A stretch of DNA of 63,944 nt, counting the filler, from Choristocarpus tenellus KU-1152 (Eukaryota > Protista > Phaeophyceae): the NCBI GenBank assembly GCA_964200185.2. It is 10 parts of 10 records of this genome, joined end to end, with 100 filler letters (N's around TTAATTAATTAA, not from the genome) between each part and the next. Parts side by side here need not be neighbours in the genome. Positions count along the whole stretch, not along the records: positions 52,088 to 60,515 come from CAXNAD020004719.1; positions 60,616 to 63,944 come from CAXNAD020020766.1; 8 more parts are not named here. The stretch is one strand, 5' to 3'. The notes under the pieces were generated by a model. That model ran no database searches, had not been told where the DNA came from, and saw nothing but the letters and a program-made list of their open reading frames with translations. Position 1 is the first letter of the stretch. The number at the start of each line of letters is the position of its first letter. Both the position numbers and the translations under genes were made by a program. This document shows, in pieces, positions 52,206 to 63,944 of the stretch.

Positions 52206-52610
52206 AGTAGCCATGTGGTTAACTCCTGAATGTTCCTTGACGCAAAACGAGTGAACCGTTCCTCCCTCAAAAACATTCTGTCATTGGGCAGTAAAGGGCC
52301 AGAGACCAGGTTGGAGGAGTTTGGACGATCTGACAGCCCCTAATGAGGGGGTCCCCCCGCCTAGTCGTGGGACAGTCGCTTCATGCATCAGGAGGTTTAA
52401 TGCGTGCATGAGGGCGATCCACGTGGGTGTTGTGATGCCTGCCGGAGACCTTCTTAACTGTGGTGATAATTACTCGCTTCAGGATCTCTACCTGGACAAG
52501 GGCAGAAGTAAGAATATATATATAGTGCTTACAGTATGGAAAGGAGGATTACCTGTTATCATATTGCTATTGCTTCATACCGTACACAATGTTACACTGA
52601 TTCAGGTTCT

Positions 52611-52939
52611 TGTCAGGAATCCTTTGTTTAGTGGAGGATCTTTCGTGAGACTGAGGTGTGGAATCTTTTCGAGAGATCAATCCCATGAAAAGTGGACATG
52701 TCTTTAATTAAAGATGATGAACATCAAATATTCTCTCTTTAATATCATGTCTTATCATTCTGAGAATCCTACTCTCATGAGGTTCCCCCACTCTGTAGTT
52801 CTTGCACTTGTTCAACCTTAACCTTGTCCTCTAGCTTAGGTTCGTCTTGGTCCGTCTTGGTGGTTCGTCTTACTCGTTGATTCTCATCACCACCCTTGCC
52901 TGAGTGAATCACGCCACTTATATTATCATATTATTCACA
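52611..52939 (+). repeat. LTR-like repeat TG...CA (solo LTR candidate)
   Basis: TGTCAGGAATCC...TTATTCACA; homologous to 49788-50134 and 23113-23178. No clear TSD. Confidence 0.6.
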
Positions 52940-53420
52940 ACGGTAGTAGTGTTACAGGCGCCCTTTCCAGGATGTACAAGTCAAGTCCAATTCCCAGAGT
53001 ATCGAACGTCAGCTCAGCAGAACAGGGGTACTCTTAATTGAATCAATCAGTATAAAGTGTATATAAAGTGTAGCATCAGTTAAGAGTGCGATATGTGAGT
53101 CTTGTTAGATCAGAAGAACTGATCTGGTTAGAGCCATTTTTAGGGACTCTAATCATCATTTGCCGTTGGGGGATTGTTCGGGTTTGCAAATACTGGTATG
53201 TATCTGAGAATCCTTTCCGACCATCCATCCATGACCCTCTGCAACTACCAGTGTTACAGTTTATTCTGCAACTTTTAGGCAAATCGGAGTTCCCCCTTTT
53301 GGGGTTCCCCACACGCGTATACTGCTCGCGCTGGTTAAAGCGCGGGAAGAAATACTCGCGCTATTCGCCCGTGACAGTAGCATAGGATACAAGATACAGG
53401 TAGGGTCAAAGTTAAAGAAT

Positions 53421-53680
53421 GAATGAAATTATTTTAGAGGGTACGATTCTTGTCCTGTTTGTCCGTTTGGGGTTTTGCTTACCACAGGGTTTTTACGACA
53501 CTTTTCAAACTCAGAAACGTTTCGGAGTAGGTAAAATGTGTACGCTATGAAAAGGTGTGTCCAGAACAAGGGTATTGACACCTTCTAACAAACACAATAG
53601 GCTAAAATTACATCAAAATCGCAACATTGGATTTAGACCCCAAAACGGACGCGACTCTGCCCTCTAAGATACTTTGACTC
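53421..53680 (-). mobile_element. MITE family A
   Basis: Both TIRs, one of them degenerate. Confidence 0.88.
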
Positions 53681-56229
53681 AGATGAAGGCGCGGCCATGA
53701 CGTGGCCAGCTCCAGTGTCAATACACTACTGACTGGCCGTTGGTAAAATATTTCAACATGGCCGAGTATATAGCCATCACTACTCATCATGACCGGGGCT
53801 GCTGGCTTGCTATATGCAACCAAGTTCAAACATGACTGAGTCCATGGTCATCGACCGTTTCAACATGGTCAGACCAGGGGTCAGTCCAGACCATATGGCA
53901 ATAGTAGATATGCTAACTACCCGGCCTGGTGAAAGCCCAGATTTTGACATTTTCCTTAGCAACAACTTTCACCACACCTACTCGACAAATCTGACTGAGG
54001 AGATGCCTAACCCTCACCCTTACCCTTGCCCTTACCGTCTTGAACGATGTGAGGCCGTGGCTGGTTGTAGGAAAATTGGTTGTAAAAAAATATAAACTAG
54101 TCTATAACAAAATATATATTCTCCACTAAATTTAAGACCTCCAAGAAATTTCAAGTAGTGGCGGTTTATATTTTGTTGATCTTTCCCCTCCCCTGACACA
54201 TATCCAAAATGTCAGAATGTCAGAGAGGAGAATGATCTTACAAGAATATAAATTTCAGGGGCGAACACGCATACATGGAGGTTTGTTTAACCAAACACAA
54301 CAATAAGTTTTACCATTCAAAAATTGGACAAATACATGTATTATGTACTCAAATATCATTTTGGAGATGTATGGGGGGGGGGGAAACAAAAAATAATTTA
54401 TTTTTGAAAATTCGCAACACTCTCCCCTTAAGGATTGATCTTTAAGTAATGTGCACGGTGCTGCAAACAGGATCTTTTGAATTCAAAGTCGCCCATTGAA
54501 ACCCAGTGTGACATTTCGGATAAAAAAAATTGTCATTCAGTTCTGCGAGACGAAACGGAAATAGAATATTGTCGTGCATGCTGTGGACCCTGCTTTAGTG
54601 AGACCAATCTAGAACCGTGTCATGCGTGTGCGCGTTCTCTGCTAGCATTTTTGGCCGTAACGTAGTTACACCACAGTCAGTCACGATGATATAATCTCTA
54701 TTGTTTCTATTCACCAAACCTCGTATGTACTGTGTGAACCTGTTTTGTTTTATGTACCACTACTGCTCCTACTGCTGCTGCTACCGCTGCTGGTGCTACA
54801 ATTTGCAGCTATTTCATACAGCTAAACAGGAAGATGTTCAATAATTGTGTTCTTCTGTATAGGTTAGCCCAAAGAAAGTGGGTAAGACGCTAGGGAAGCA
54901 TCCCAAGAATTTGTCTGACACCTTCTTTCCCACCTGCCCAGGAACACTCTAGTACTTGCTTACCAACGCACTCAAAACTTCCCGCAGCAACTCTCTTCAG
55001 ATTTATACTGCAACAGTAATAAAAATCGCTCAAAGTGGATGTTAACATACTTTCTCTGCTGAAAAGATATCTGACGACCTCCATCGCTCCTTATGTCCGA
55101 GAAACCGGTTCAAGCCTGGACATTCGTATTCCTTGTGCATTTCTTTGCATTTCTTGTAGGGTCCTTTTTTCATCGTACCTTCAACACGTTGTGTGTGTTG
55201 ATCATACCACAAGTAGTGTTGATTGTTGGAATTAATTGGATGAGTGTCTTCTGTGTTGACTCGTCTCTCAATTGCTGTTGTCAATTGTTTAGTGTGTTTT
55301 GAGGAACACCTCCAACTTGTCAAGTAGTGCTTATCGTCAGTGAAATTATTTGCATTTCTGGAACGCATCCACAACCTGAGTCCTTGATATGTGCCTTTCT
55401 GCTCATGCGTTGGTTTCAGCACTCCCACTATTCGTCCCTCTGTCCTAACTCTAGAATCTCTGCTGGACCCACTTTAAGTTTCCAACTTGATGTTGGTCAG
55501 GCATTCTTGTGATATAGACACAGTTAGGGTATTAGGGGACATACATCCCGTTGTGCTTGCCACCTGGAATTGTATCATTGAAAGCGTATTTCCGAAAAAA
55601 GAAGTTCAGTGTCAAAGGGGTTCAAATCCACGTCTTCTTGCGCATAGCCGCCGCCCTCATCACTGACCCACTCCAAGAATTGATGCTCGGAAGAGGAAGT
55701 ATATCTTTCAAGTATCCCCTTGGACCCCGTGGTATATATGATGTAGATTAGCAGGAAACTATTTTGCTTTGTGCGAATGTGTCTGTGCTAGAGTTACACA
55801 GTCATTGGTTTAATTTCCTTTAGCTGAACATGTAAGGATGAGACAACCCATTACCATTCCCATAATCCTATTAAAGATGTGGTTTTGTCAGTGTCAAAAT
55901 ATGAACTGCTTACTTTCTTGTCTTCAGTAGCACACCTAGAGAATAGAACACCAATCACAGAACATCAACCAACGAACACATCTGGCACATGATGTCACAT
56001 ATCAGATGTATAATCAGTGCCTTGTCTATGGCATTTGCATCGAAGGTCTTTCGGTCGATTCTTATAACAAGAATTGATGCATCCTTCTCGGTTCAAGTGT
56101 TTTTATTTTATCACGGAACCTGCTGAGAGAGAGGCTAACCGTCGTTTTGTGATCGGTTATAAGCAGCATGTGTACACATTAACCAGCCCTTTCAGTTCTG
56201 CACTTACCTCCTGTTTCGATCTCCTAATT

Positions 56230-56990
56230 CTTACTGTTAAAACATAGGTTACTCATTTGTTTCTTGTTGATATGACACAAAAACTACCAGCTTGTACGGA
56301 CTGTTGATTGGTGTACTGCACTGGTTGTTATTGTCCATTTATTTCATGCGCATCACAACTCATCATTGCATCGATGGCAGTAGATAGAAGTATAGCATCA
56401 GTTGATATTCAGTTGATACATACCACACACAGGAACATCATAGCACGCGTCATTCAAGTTACTTCGGAACTTGTTTCAAGTGCATTCCACTGTTACCTTG
56501 TGTTCTTCTTTTCTCTTTGTTGTTGTCTGTCATCTCTGTTCTTTCTTATGGGCATAAGACCCCAGATGCAAGTTAATTGTTGGTTATTATTTTTTCTTTG
56601 GTTGTCATTGGCCCCTCCGAGCGCCTCAAGCTCACTCTTGCAAGTGCCCCTGACGCGCAATTGGATGCAATACATACAGAGTTAACACCATCTACGGAAA
56701 CCCTTGCCAGTCAAGGTAATAAGCCTCTCCACAGAGCATATACTTCTTTCGTTGAGTATCTCATGGAATAACAATTCACATCACATCATTCTTGACTGAG
56801 AGATCAATGCCTTCGGTTGCAACAGAACAAATACATCAGTGCTTTGCATCACAACTACATCTACTCATACCATAGACTACGTATTCTACTCATCGGTGTT
56901 TTACAACACCATGATTCCTCTTCACTTGAAGTCTACGAATTTCGCTTACATATACAATGCATTCGATTCAGCTTTCAACACTTACATCCA
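56230..56990 (+). repeat. Third copy of the dispersed repeat with exon APDAQLDAIHTELTPSTETLASQGNKPLHRAYTSFVEYL
   Basis: Homologous to 31195-31900 and 48405-48975. Confidence 0.8.
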
Positions 56991-57661
56991 AAGGATGTTC
57001 ACGGTTGTTTGCGTTACCAGGTTGGTGTATGTTCCGTCTGTAGGTTCGTAGTCGTCTGAGATTCATACAATCAATGGAATATAAATCCGCCCGGAAATCT
57101 GCTTAGATGTGTGCTGACTGTTGTCCTGTGATTGACGATAAAATGGCATATACATCTAAAACCCTTCTTCTCGGATCTACACCAATCTCCAGGTTTAACC
57201 TCATATTCTTGGTTCGCATGGTACGCAAGGCTGTATACATTCCTGGTTTACCACTGTCTCATCTCTGGTTCTATATTTGCACGAGATTAATATATTCTAA
57301 CAAGATACTGCTTTGTATGGTGTGGTGAGAATATGTCTACTACTACGCTGTTGGTCAATCAATAGGAAGCTGTACACAGTGTTCCACTTAAAATCTTACG
57401 TGTTACGTAGGTTGCCAGATATTACGATCTGCTAACTGATATGATATGGTGCCTCTGAAGAAATTGTAGGTATGGTACATATTTTGGAAGTTGGGTATAA
57501 GCTGCGAAAGGGTTATTCAGGTGTGTGTGTGTGATCTCTGCATGTAGCGATATTATGTTTAGCTTACTTAATCCAGCAAGGTACTCTATGTAGATAAATA
57601 TCTGATAGGGAATGACCTACAAGATTATCACCTATCCGATTCATTACTCTATGCAAGAAAT

Positions 57662-57843
57662 GACTCAAAGTATCTGGGGGGAGGGTGACGGCTGTCTATT
57701 TGGGGCCCATTTTTCGATGTCGCGATTTTTGTGTGATTTGGTTGCACGCGTCGGATGGATAATGTAAATGAACTTTTCCGGGTAAGGGCCCGAATGGACT
57801 CCCTAGAGTAGAATCCCTCCCCCCCTCCCAGATACTTTGAGCC
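57662..57843 (+). mobile_element. MITE family B (~180 bp), TSD AAT
   Basis: GACTCAAAGTATCTGGGGGGAGGG ... CCCTCCCAGATACTTTGAGCC. Confidence 0.9.
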
Positions 57844-58468
57844 AATAGATGAAAGGTATGAACCTAGAAAATTCCTACAAGTGTTCAAGCATCTCAAAAC
57901 CTCTCCCCAAATGACGTGGTTTAGGTATGGGAAAACTATGATGGGTTGTTATCATAGTAATTTTAAAATTAGACTCTTCCAACTCTATCGGACAGTTTTG
58001 TTATAATATGTATGGAGTAAGTGAACAATCAATAGTGGTTGAGTTATCAGAACCTTTTACTAGTGATTAGCTGTATGAGAAAAGTTCTCATATAAAAGGA
58101 AATCTTTCTGATTTTATGGGGTGCTGCATGCTCCACTTAGCTTTAATCAATCACTCTACAGACATCAAGCAATCTCGCTGGGTTTATCACCTTTATCCTC
58201 TAGGATGATTTGGGCGATACTTTAAAAGGCATTGGCTGCAATGATCATGGTTTGGGGGCTATGACTCTTGTGCTGCGCTAATCATAACCCTGGAAGGTCG
58301 CTATCATCCTCATGCGGAAATACCCTAGCCCTTTCCCGATCAGTCATCACGTAAAAACAGGTTTCACCCACATGGATTGTGTTCGCCATGGAGGTGTACG
58401 CACCACGTTTGCGGTCCACCTTATCGCAAACAAAGTCCATTCATTCTCCATACCCTTTGCCACGATTT

Positions 58469-58723
58469 GCGTGAAAGTATCTTAGAGGGTACGAGATTTG
58501 CCCTCTTTGTCCATTTGGGACTTGGCTTCCTACAGGTGTTTTATGACATTTTCCTACTCCGATATGTTTCAGAGTAGGTAAAATTTATATGTTATGAAAA
58601 GGTGTGTCCGGAGCAAGGATATTGACACTTCCTCAAAAGNNNNNNNNNNATTACATCAAAATCGGAACATTGGATTTTGACCCCCAAATGGACGCGACTC
58701 TACCCTCTAAGATACTTTGGCTC
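58469..58723 (-). mobile_element. MITE family A inserted in the mariner ORF, TSD TTT
   Basis: Both TIRs. Removing the MITE plus one TTT restores the transposase frame. Confidence 0.9.
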
Positions 58724-59172
58724 TTTAAGCTTGGGTTTGATCCGCGGCGATTCAGCATGACCCCCATATCATCCAACCACCTGTTTATGGTGCTCATGCT
58801 ATAATTTAGCCCCTTGGCGACCATCTTCATTGTAATCTGGCGCACTGTGGATGACCGATTATCGGAGTTGATGCTATGTATTGCAGCCATCTTGGATGAC
58901 GTGACCTCCGAAGGCCATCCACTACGTGCCACCACCCCTAGGTCAAGCGTGTGGCCATGGGCGAGCTAATCGGTGACGTCCTCCCAGAGGCCTCACATGT
59001 AATGCTCAGACACTCCAAACTGCGCTGTGAGGGTTGGTCCAACGTGTTGTGGCAATTTATGCTCACCAGGGACCATCGCGAGGGTTTGTCACACTGCAAG
59101 CGCAACTCTAGTATTTAGGTATGCTTGGGTACCCTTCCTACGTGGGGGGGGGCAACGGGGGGATTGCCATGC

Positions 59173-59350
59173 GGCTCAGAGTATTTGGGGGGGAGGTGAG
59201 GGCTGTCCATTTGGGTCAATTATTTCATGTCGCGATTTTTGGGGTATTTGATCGCATACGTTGGATGGATAATGTAAGTGCGCTTTTCCTGGTTATGGCC
59301 CAAATGGACACCCTGGTGTAGAACCCCCCCCCTCCCAGATACTTTGAGTC
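59173..59350 (+). mobile_element. MITE family B, TSD ATGC
   Basis: GGCTCAGAGTATTTGGGGGG ... CCCAGATACTTTGAGTC, with ATGC on both sides. Confidence 0.9.
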
Positions 59351-60047
59351 ATGCTGACGTTCTGACCCTTGACATGCCCATTCTGGCCTCAAAATCACCC
59401 CAAAAGACTCCTACTTTGACGGCTTGGAGCACCTTGAGTTTGCAGCTGATGATCCTCGACCCGAAACCTTTTCTGATAGCTGAGATTGTCAACCTCATTT
59501 CATCCTGCGGGGTTATCATCCGATTTGGTGCCGTTCTCGCTTGGCGAGCTCAGATGTTTTGCGGAACAAGCTCATGGCATAGAGGTAGTACATTAGCAAG
59601 ATAGTTGAAGATTATATTTACCAACCACTAAAATGAACATCTTAGAGCTCTAGGAATTCACTCCATGAAGAAATCAATTTAAGACAAACTTGAAAATGTG
59701 TGCACACACCAAGTTTTATCTTCTACAAATAGAGTTGGGGGTGGTCATCATTGGGCTCCTCATCAAGAGTAGACCCTGTTGGACATTTCAATATTACCAA
59801 TCCACCAAGCAAAACTAAAACACGAGTGAAAATGGAGAGGCATTCCATATAGTATTGGATGTACAATCTGATTAGGTGAACGCAACTTGTTATGACCTAT
59901 TGACAACTACGCCCACAATATGTCCTCATCCGTCCATCAAGTGGGTACTCTTTAGATGGGGATACATAATTTCACAGATATCCTTAAATCTTGTATTAAG
60001 ACATTTGTGATCAAAAATGAAAATATGTCACAACTCGTTAAAATGAT

Positions 60048-60305
60048 GAGGCAAAGTATCTTAAAGGGTAGCAGCGCGTCCTTTTGGGGCCAAAATCCAA
60101 TGTTGCGATTTTGATGCAATTTTGACTATCGTGTTTGTTAGGAAGTGTCAATATCCTTGTTCCGGGCACACCTTTTCATAACATACACATTTTTCCTACT
60201 CCAAAACATTTTGGAGTAGGAAAATGTAAAGAAAAACCCCATGGTAAGCCAAGCCCCAAATGGACAAACAGGGCAAAACTCGCACCCTCTAAGATCCTTT
60301 GACTT
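60048..60305 (+). mobile_element. MITE family A; family B termini also at 38280-38305, 51968-51987, 60461-60515 and 60616-60657
   Basis: Both TIRs present. Confidence 0.88.
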
Positions 60306-60898
60306 ACTTCATTTGGTAAGCTAGTTAATAGCGTCCAGAAGGAGTCAAAACGGATCCTCCTGTTTAGGAGGCAAGTGATCTCACGTTGAGCCCTCCTTGC
60401 AATCCTGGCGTCATGGGCTTCCAGAATGTGGACCTCCAGGGCAGGTGTGGGAGATGCTGTGGGTCAAAGTATCTGGGGTGAGGGGTGTCGGCGTCCGTTT
60501 TTCACCCTTTATTCGNNNNNNNNNNNNNNNNNNNNNNNNNNNNNNNNNNNNNNNNNNNNTTAATTAATTAANNNNNNNNNNNNNNNNNNNNNNNNNNNNN
60601 NNNNNNNNNNNNNNNCCCAAATGGACAGCCGCTACCCCCTCCCAGATACTTTGAGCCAGACGGTGAGAGCAACCAGTGAGCAGCGAGCCGCGAGCAAAAG
60701 GGGAACAGAGTTTTAACTAACTGCTGGTTGTTGATTATACCTGCAATTTGATTCTGGCACGTTTGCCCAGGGATATTAGCATGATACAATATGACGATAA
60801 GCTCACTCTTGTAATTGTATTTTTGGTTGGCGCCCTCAAATAAGTAATGCTACTAGTTAGTCACAAGTTCCCCATTGGATTGGGAAACTCATTCTCAC

Positions 60899-62762
60899 CC
60901 TGTGGTCAGCTGTAACCCGAACTGTGAACTCCGCGATGCTCCCTTGCTTATATTCCTTGAGGACAGGCCACTTTTTGTTAGCGGTCCCATACACAATTTC
61001 ATTCTCCGCACGGTGCTGTTTTCTCACATCATTTTTTAACAGGTAAGCACAAGCGGTGGACAATGAACGCCAATGTGATACAACTGCTGTTGTCAAATGG
61101 CGAGGTTTATGTGGCATATAATGGAGCTAAGCAAAAAAAAATGTTCGTTTTGTAATGTCAGTAGTCTCCTAACAGTGGCAACTCTGCAACATGTCATTGC
61201 TGATAAAAGTAACACTCACGATCAAGGACAGAAGACGATCGTGGTATTCTGTTGTACTTCAAGCGTGCTGTTTTTTCCCGAACATACGCAATATGCCGTG
61301 CAGTGGGCAAGAATAACGCTAAGTACACAACTGTGAGCATTCATGTACCCGCAGAACACGGAAGTCTACACGCACAATATACTATTGTCTCCACTACCAT
61401 ATTTCTTCGCCAGATGTGTGTTCAGGGGAGGGAAAACACGAAGATGAAGATGTACAAAGAAGTTGTATTCAAAAGTAGAGGATCATAACCAATATATATA
61501 TATATATATGTAGTTTTACCATAATACTAAATGTACATACTACACTTGTATATAATTTATACTATATTATATAACAATCGACTGGTGAAGATTGTGTGAC
61601 ACGTGTGGGTTAAGGACCCCTAACGATAAAGGCAAGTGTGTGTAACATGGAAGTGTGGAGACGTGTTGTCAAGCAAACAAATGTTCGTACGATACCACAC
61701 AGCTCGGGGTACTGGGCACAAACAATACAAATTGCGAGATCACCACAATTCTCTCACCTGCCCAGGGTCGCCGCAGATACCGTGACGGACGGCGACGGCA
61801 TCAGGCTCGAGAAAGTTGCCATTCGCTGCCATCTCGCCACGCTCGTACACCGTCACGAGAGGCCAGCTACCATCGTTGTACGTCTTGAACGTTTCCGGAT
61901 CCATCGATCTCTCCTGACGATCCCTCACAGCTGGACCGTCGCCAGAAGCGAAGGTATCAGAATACCGCTCGAAGGTAGGGTCGTTTCTGCAACACGGCAA
62001 ATACGAAATGGTGTTCGACGCATTGGAAAGGGTCAGAACGAGGCAGGGACTCCAAAAAAAATCGTATCTACATAGACAGATTCGCGTGTCTACAGCTCTC
62101 TGTTGCGGTAGGCACCCTTGGCAAAGTCTCGGAATTTGTGCAATTGGTGAGAGAGCTGGATCAGAGAGCATATATGGTCAACCAATGTGTACACCGGCCT
62201 CCTGCAACCAATGTTGCAACAGAGAACTTTTACAGTAGAAGATAGTTGAGTAAGACAACCGATATTTCTATCCGTGGTAAAGGAGTTCAGTTGTAAGCGT
62301 TTGTTGGTCCGACCTGGCAGTACACCTCAAGGGTAGGCATAGAATAATCCAACTCAGGTGTACGACGAAAGTGAGGATTTTGTAAAAACAAGACCTCTCG
62401 GTAGACTTGCTTTCCTCGAGTTTACTCATGCAAACACTGGGTCACAACAGGAGACACTTACTCGCTGACGAAGCCAATCGTCTTCGACGTCTGGCGCGAC
62501 AGAGGCTCAATGAGGTCACCGTGACCATCAATTCCTGGTGCAAGGCTCACGAGCCCGACGAGATATCCTATGGTCGTAATTGCGAACAAGCGATACATCT
62601 TAAAATGTTGATGTTATTACAAGTAAAAGAGTACCCAACTCACGACAAATGCTATTGTGCGTGAGGTAGGTTGTGTGCGATGCAGAAGTGTGTGCAATGT
62701 GGTGGAGACCTACCAACGAATATGGTAAGGATATAGTACTTTTTTAGGGATTTTTCTGACAT
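60899..62762 (-). CDS. Secreted lytic polysaccharide monooxygenase-like protein (AA10/AA15-like), 3'-partial
   Basis: Exons 62762-62714, 62567-62462, 61986-61758 and 61015-60899 (GT-AG, phases 1,2,0). Signal peptide MSEKSLKKYYILTIFVGYLVGLVSLAPGIDG, then mature N-terminal HGDLIEPLSRQ (HGxxxxPxSR), RHGICGDP and YKQGSIAEFTVRVTADH (second brace His). Confidence 0.85.
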
Positions 62763-62865
62763 AAGAAAAGTTGGTTTTTCCTTGGAGATCTGGAAAATGT
62801 CAAAAGGATAATAATATGTAAAGATATATAACAATAGTAGTACTCGTATTTTATAGTCGAGTTTC

Positions 62866-63944
62866 TACAGCATCAATGAGTATAGTATACTGTTCATATA
62901 AAAACTATTTCTCCGAATGTAGGTTATATTTTGGGTCAGAGGAAGTAGTACTACGTAAGATGTTTTCCGTTGGGAATATAGTACGATAAACTTCGGAGTT
63001 CTCCTCTTCCTATTTCTTCTTTTTCATAAGTATTGATTTCTTCTGTGCATATATTTGCTACATTCTTTTCCTCGTCTTTCCTCTTTTTCAGTGATCTATC
63101 TCTCAATATATCATTCTGCCCTCTGACATTTTGAAGATGTACGAGGGAATTAATCACTATTTCTACCACTATCTCTGTTCTATATTGCTTCTTTCTATAA
63201 CATTTTTATCGTACATCGCACTCCCTCCAACATGATACTATAAATCATATACTCTATATAAATAATCCACATATTGTTGTGGGTACAGCATTAATGAGTA
63301 TAGTATACTGTTCATATAAAAACTATTTCTCCGAATGTAGGTTATTTTTGGGGTCAGAGGAAGTAGTACTTCGTAAGATGTTTTGCGTTGGGAATATAGT
63401 ACGATAAACTTCGGAGTTCTCCTCTTCCTATTTCTTCTTTTTCATAAGTATTGATTTCTGTGCATATATTTGCTACATTCTTTTCCTCGTCTTTCCTCTT
63501 TTTCAGTGATCTATCTCTCAATATATCATTCTGTCCTCTGACATTTTGAAGATGTACGAGGGAATTAATCACTATTTCTACCACTATCTCTGTTCTATAT
63601 TGCTTCTTTCTTATAATATTTTTATCGTATATCGCACTCCCTCCAACATGAGACTATAAATCATATACTCTATATAAATAATCCACATATTGTTGTGGGT
63701 ACAGCATCAATGAGTATATTATACTGTTCATCTAAAAACTAATTCTCCAAATGTAGGTTATATTTTGGGTCAGAGGAAGTAGTACTTCGTAAGATGTTTT
63801 CCGTTGGGAATATAGTTCGATAAACTTCGGAGTTCTCCTCTTCCTATTTCTTCTTTTTCATAAGTATTGATTTCTGTGCATATATTTGCTACATTCTTTT
63901 CCTCGTCTTTCCTCTTTTTCAGTGATCTATCTCTCAATATATCA
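62866..63944. repeat. ~417-bp tandem repeat, at least 2.6 near-identical copies running off the window
   Basis: ACAGCAT(C/T)AATGAGTATA starts at 62867, 63285 and 63701. The duplicated ORFs 62951-63169 and 63354-63584 are by-products. Confidence 0.95.

Larger units (their letters stand above)
58220..59375 (-). pseudogene. Second DD39D-type mariner transposase pseudogene (N-terminal half), interrupted by two MITEs
   Basis: KLPQHVGPTLTAQFGVSEHY (HTH), RSGWPS, TVRQ...STINRWL, IKPKLK|SWQRVWR, TIHVGETCFY (cf. HVDEKWFY) and QHKSH. Confidence 0.8.

Noticed and set aside
54960-55900. Ty3/gypsy RNase H-integrase relic on the minus strand
   Set aside because: Only faint hints (a CxxC and an IPG-like stretch); too decayed to call.
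61638-62075. 145-aa plus-strand ORF
   Set aside because: Antisense to the LPMO exon 61986-61758.
62951-63584. Duplicated 72-76-aa ORFs as a tandem gene pair
   Set aside because: They are by-products of the ~417-bp AT-rich tandem repeat, with non-ATG starts and differing ends.

Overview
Eukaryotic, intron-rich, repeat-rich DNA, most likely from a brown alga or close stramenopile relative. That assignment is inferred from TTAGGG-type repeats, an SRWSC-type discoidin/CBM32-like secreted protein, an algal-type LPMO, and DD39D mariner and CRE-like LINE relics. The window is not one locus. It is 10 short-read contigs joined by artificial 100-nt spacers (44 N + TTAATTAATTAA + 44 N), so neighbourhood across spacers is meaningless. 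Manual splicing gives six host genes: the 3' part of an SRSF1/ASF-like SR splicing factor; a minus-strand gene with two tandem, highly divergent TALE-length homeodomain-like repeats; a farnesyl diphosphate synthase head-to-head with it, carrying an unusual hydrophobic N-terminal extension; the last exon of an Mpv17/PMP22 protein; a complete 5-exon secreted discoidin/CBM32-like gene; and the 5' part of a secreted histidine-brace LPMO (AA10/AA15-like). The rest is mostly transposon debris: about 20 copies of two related MITE families, Tc1/mariner and pogo relics, Ty1/copia and CRE-like LINE fragments, LTR-like repeats, a tRNA-Asp-like pseudogene and several tandem arrays. Most ORFs in the supplied track are spurious. 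All family assignments are by eye; no database searches were run.
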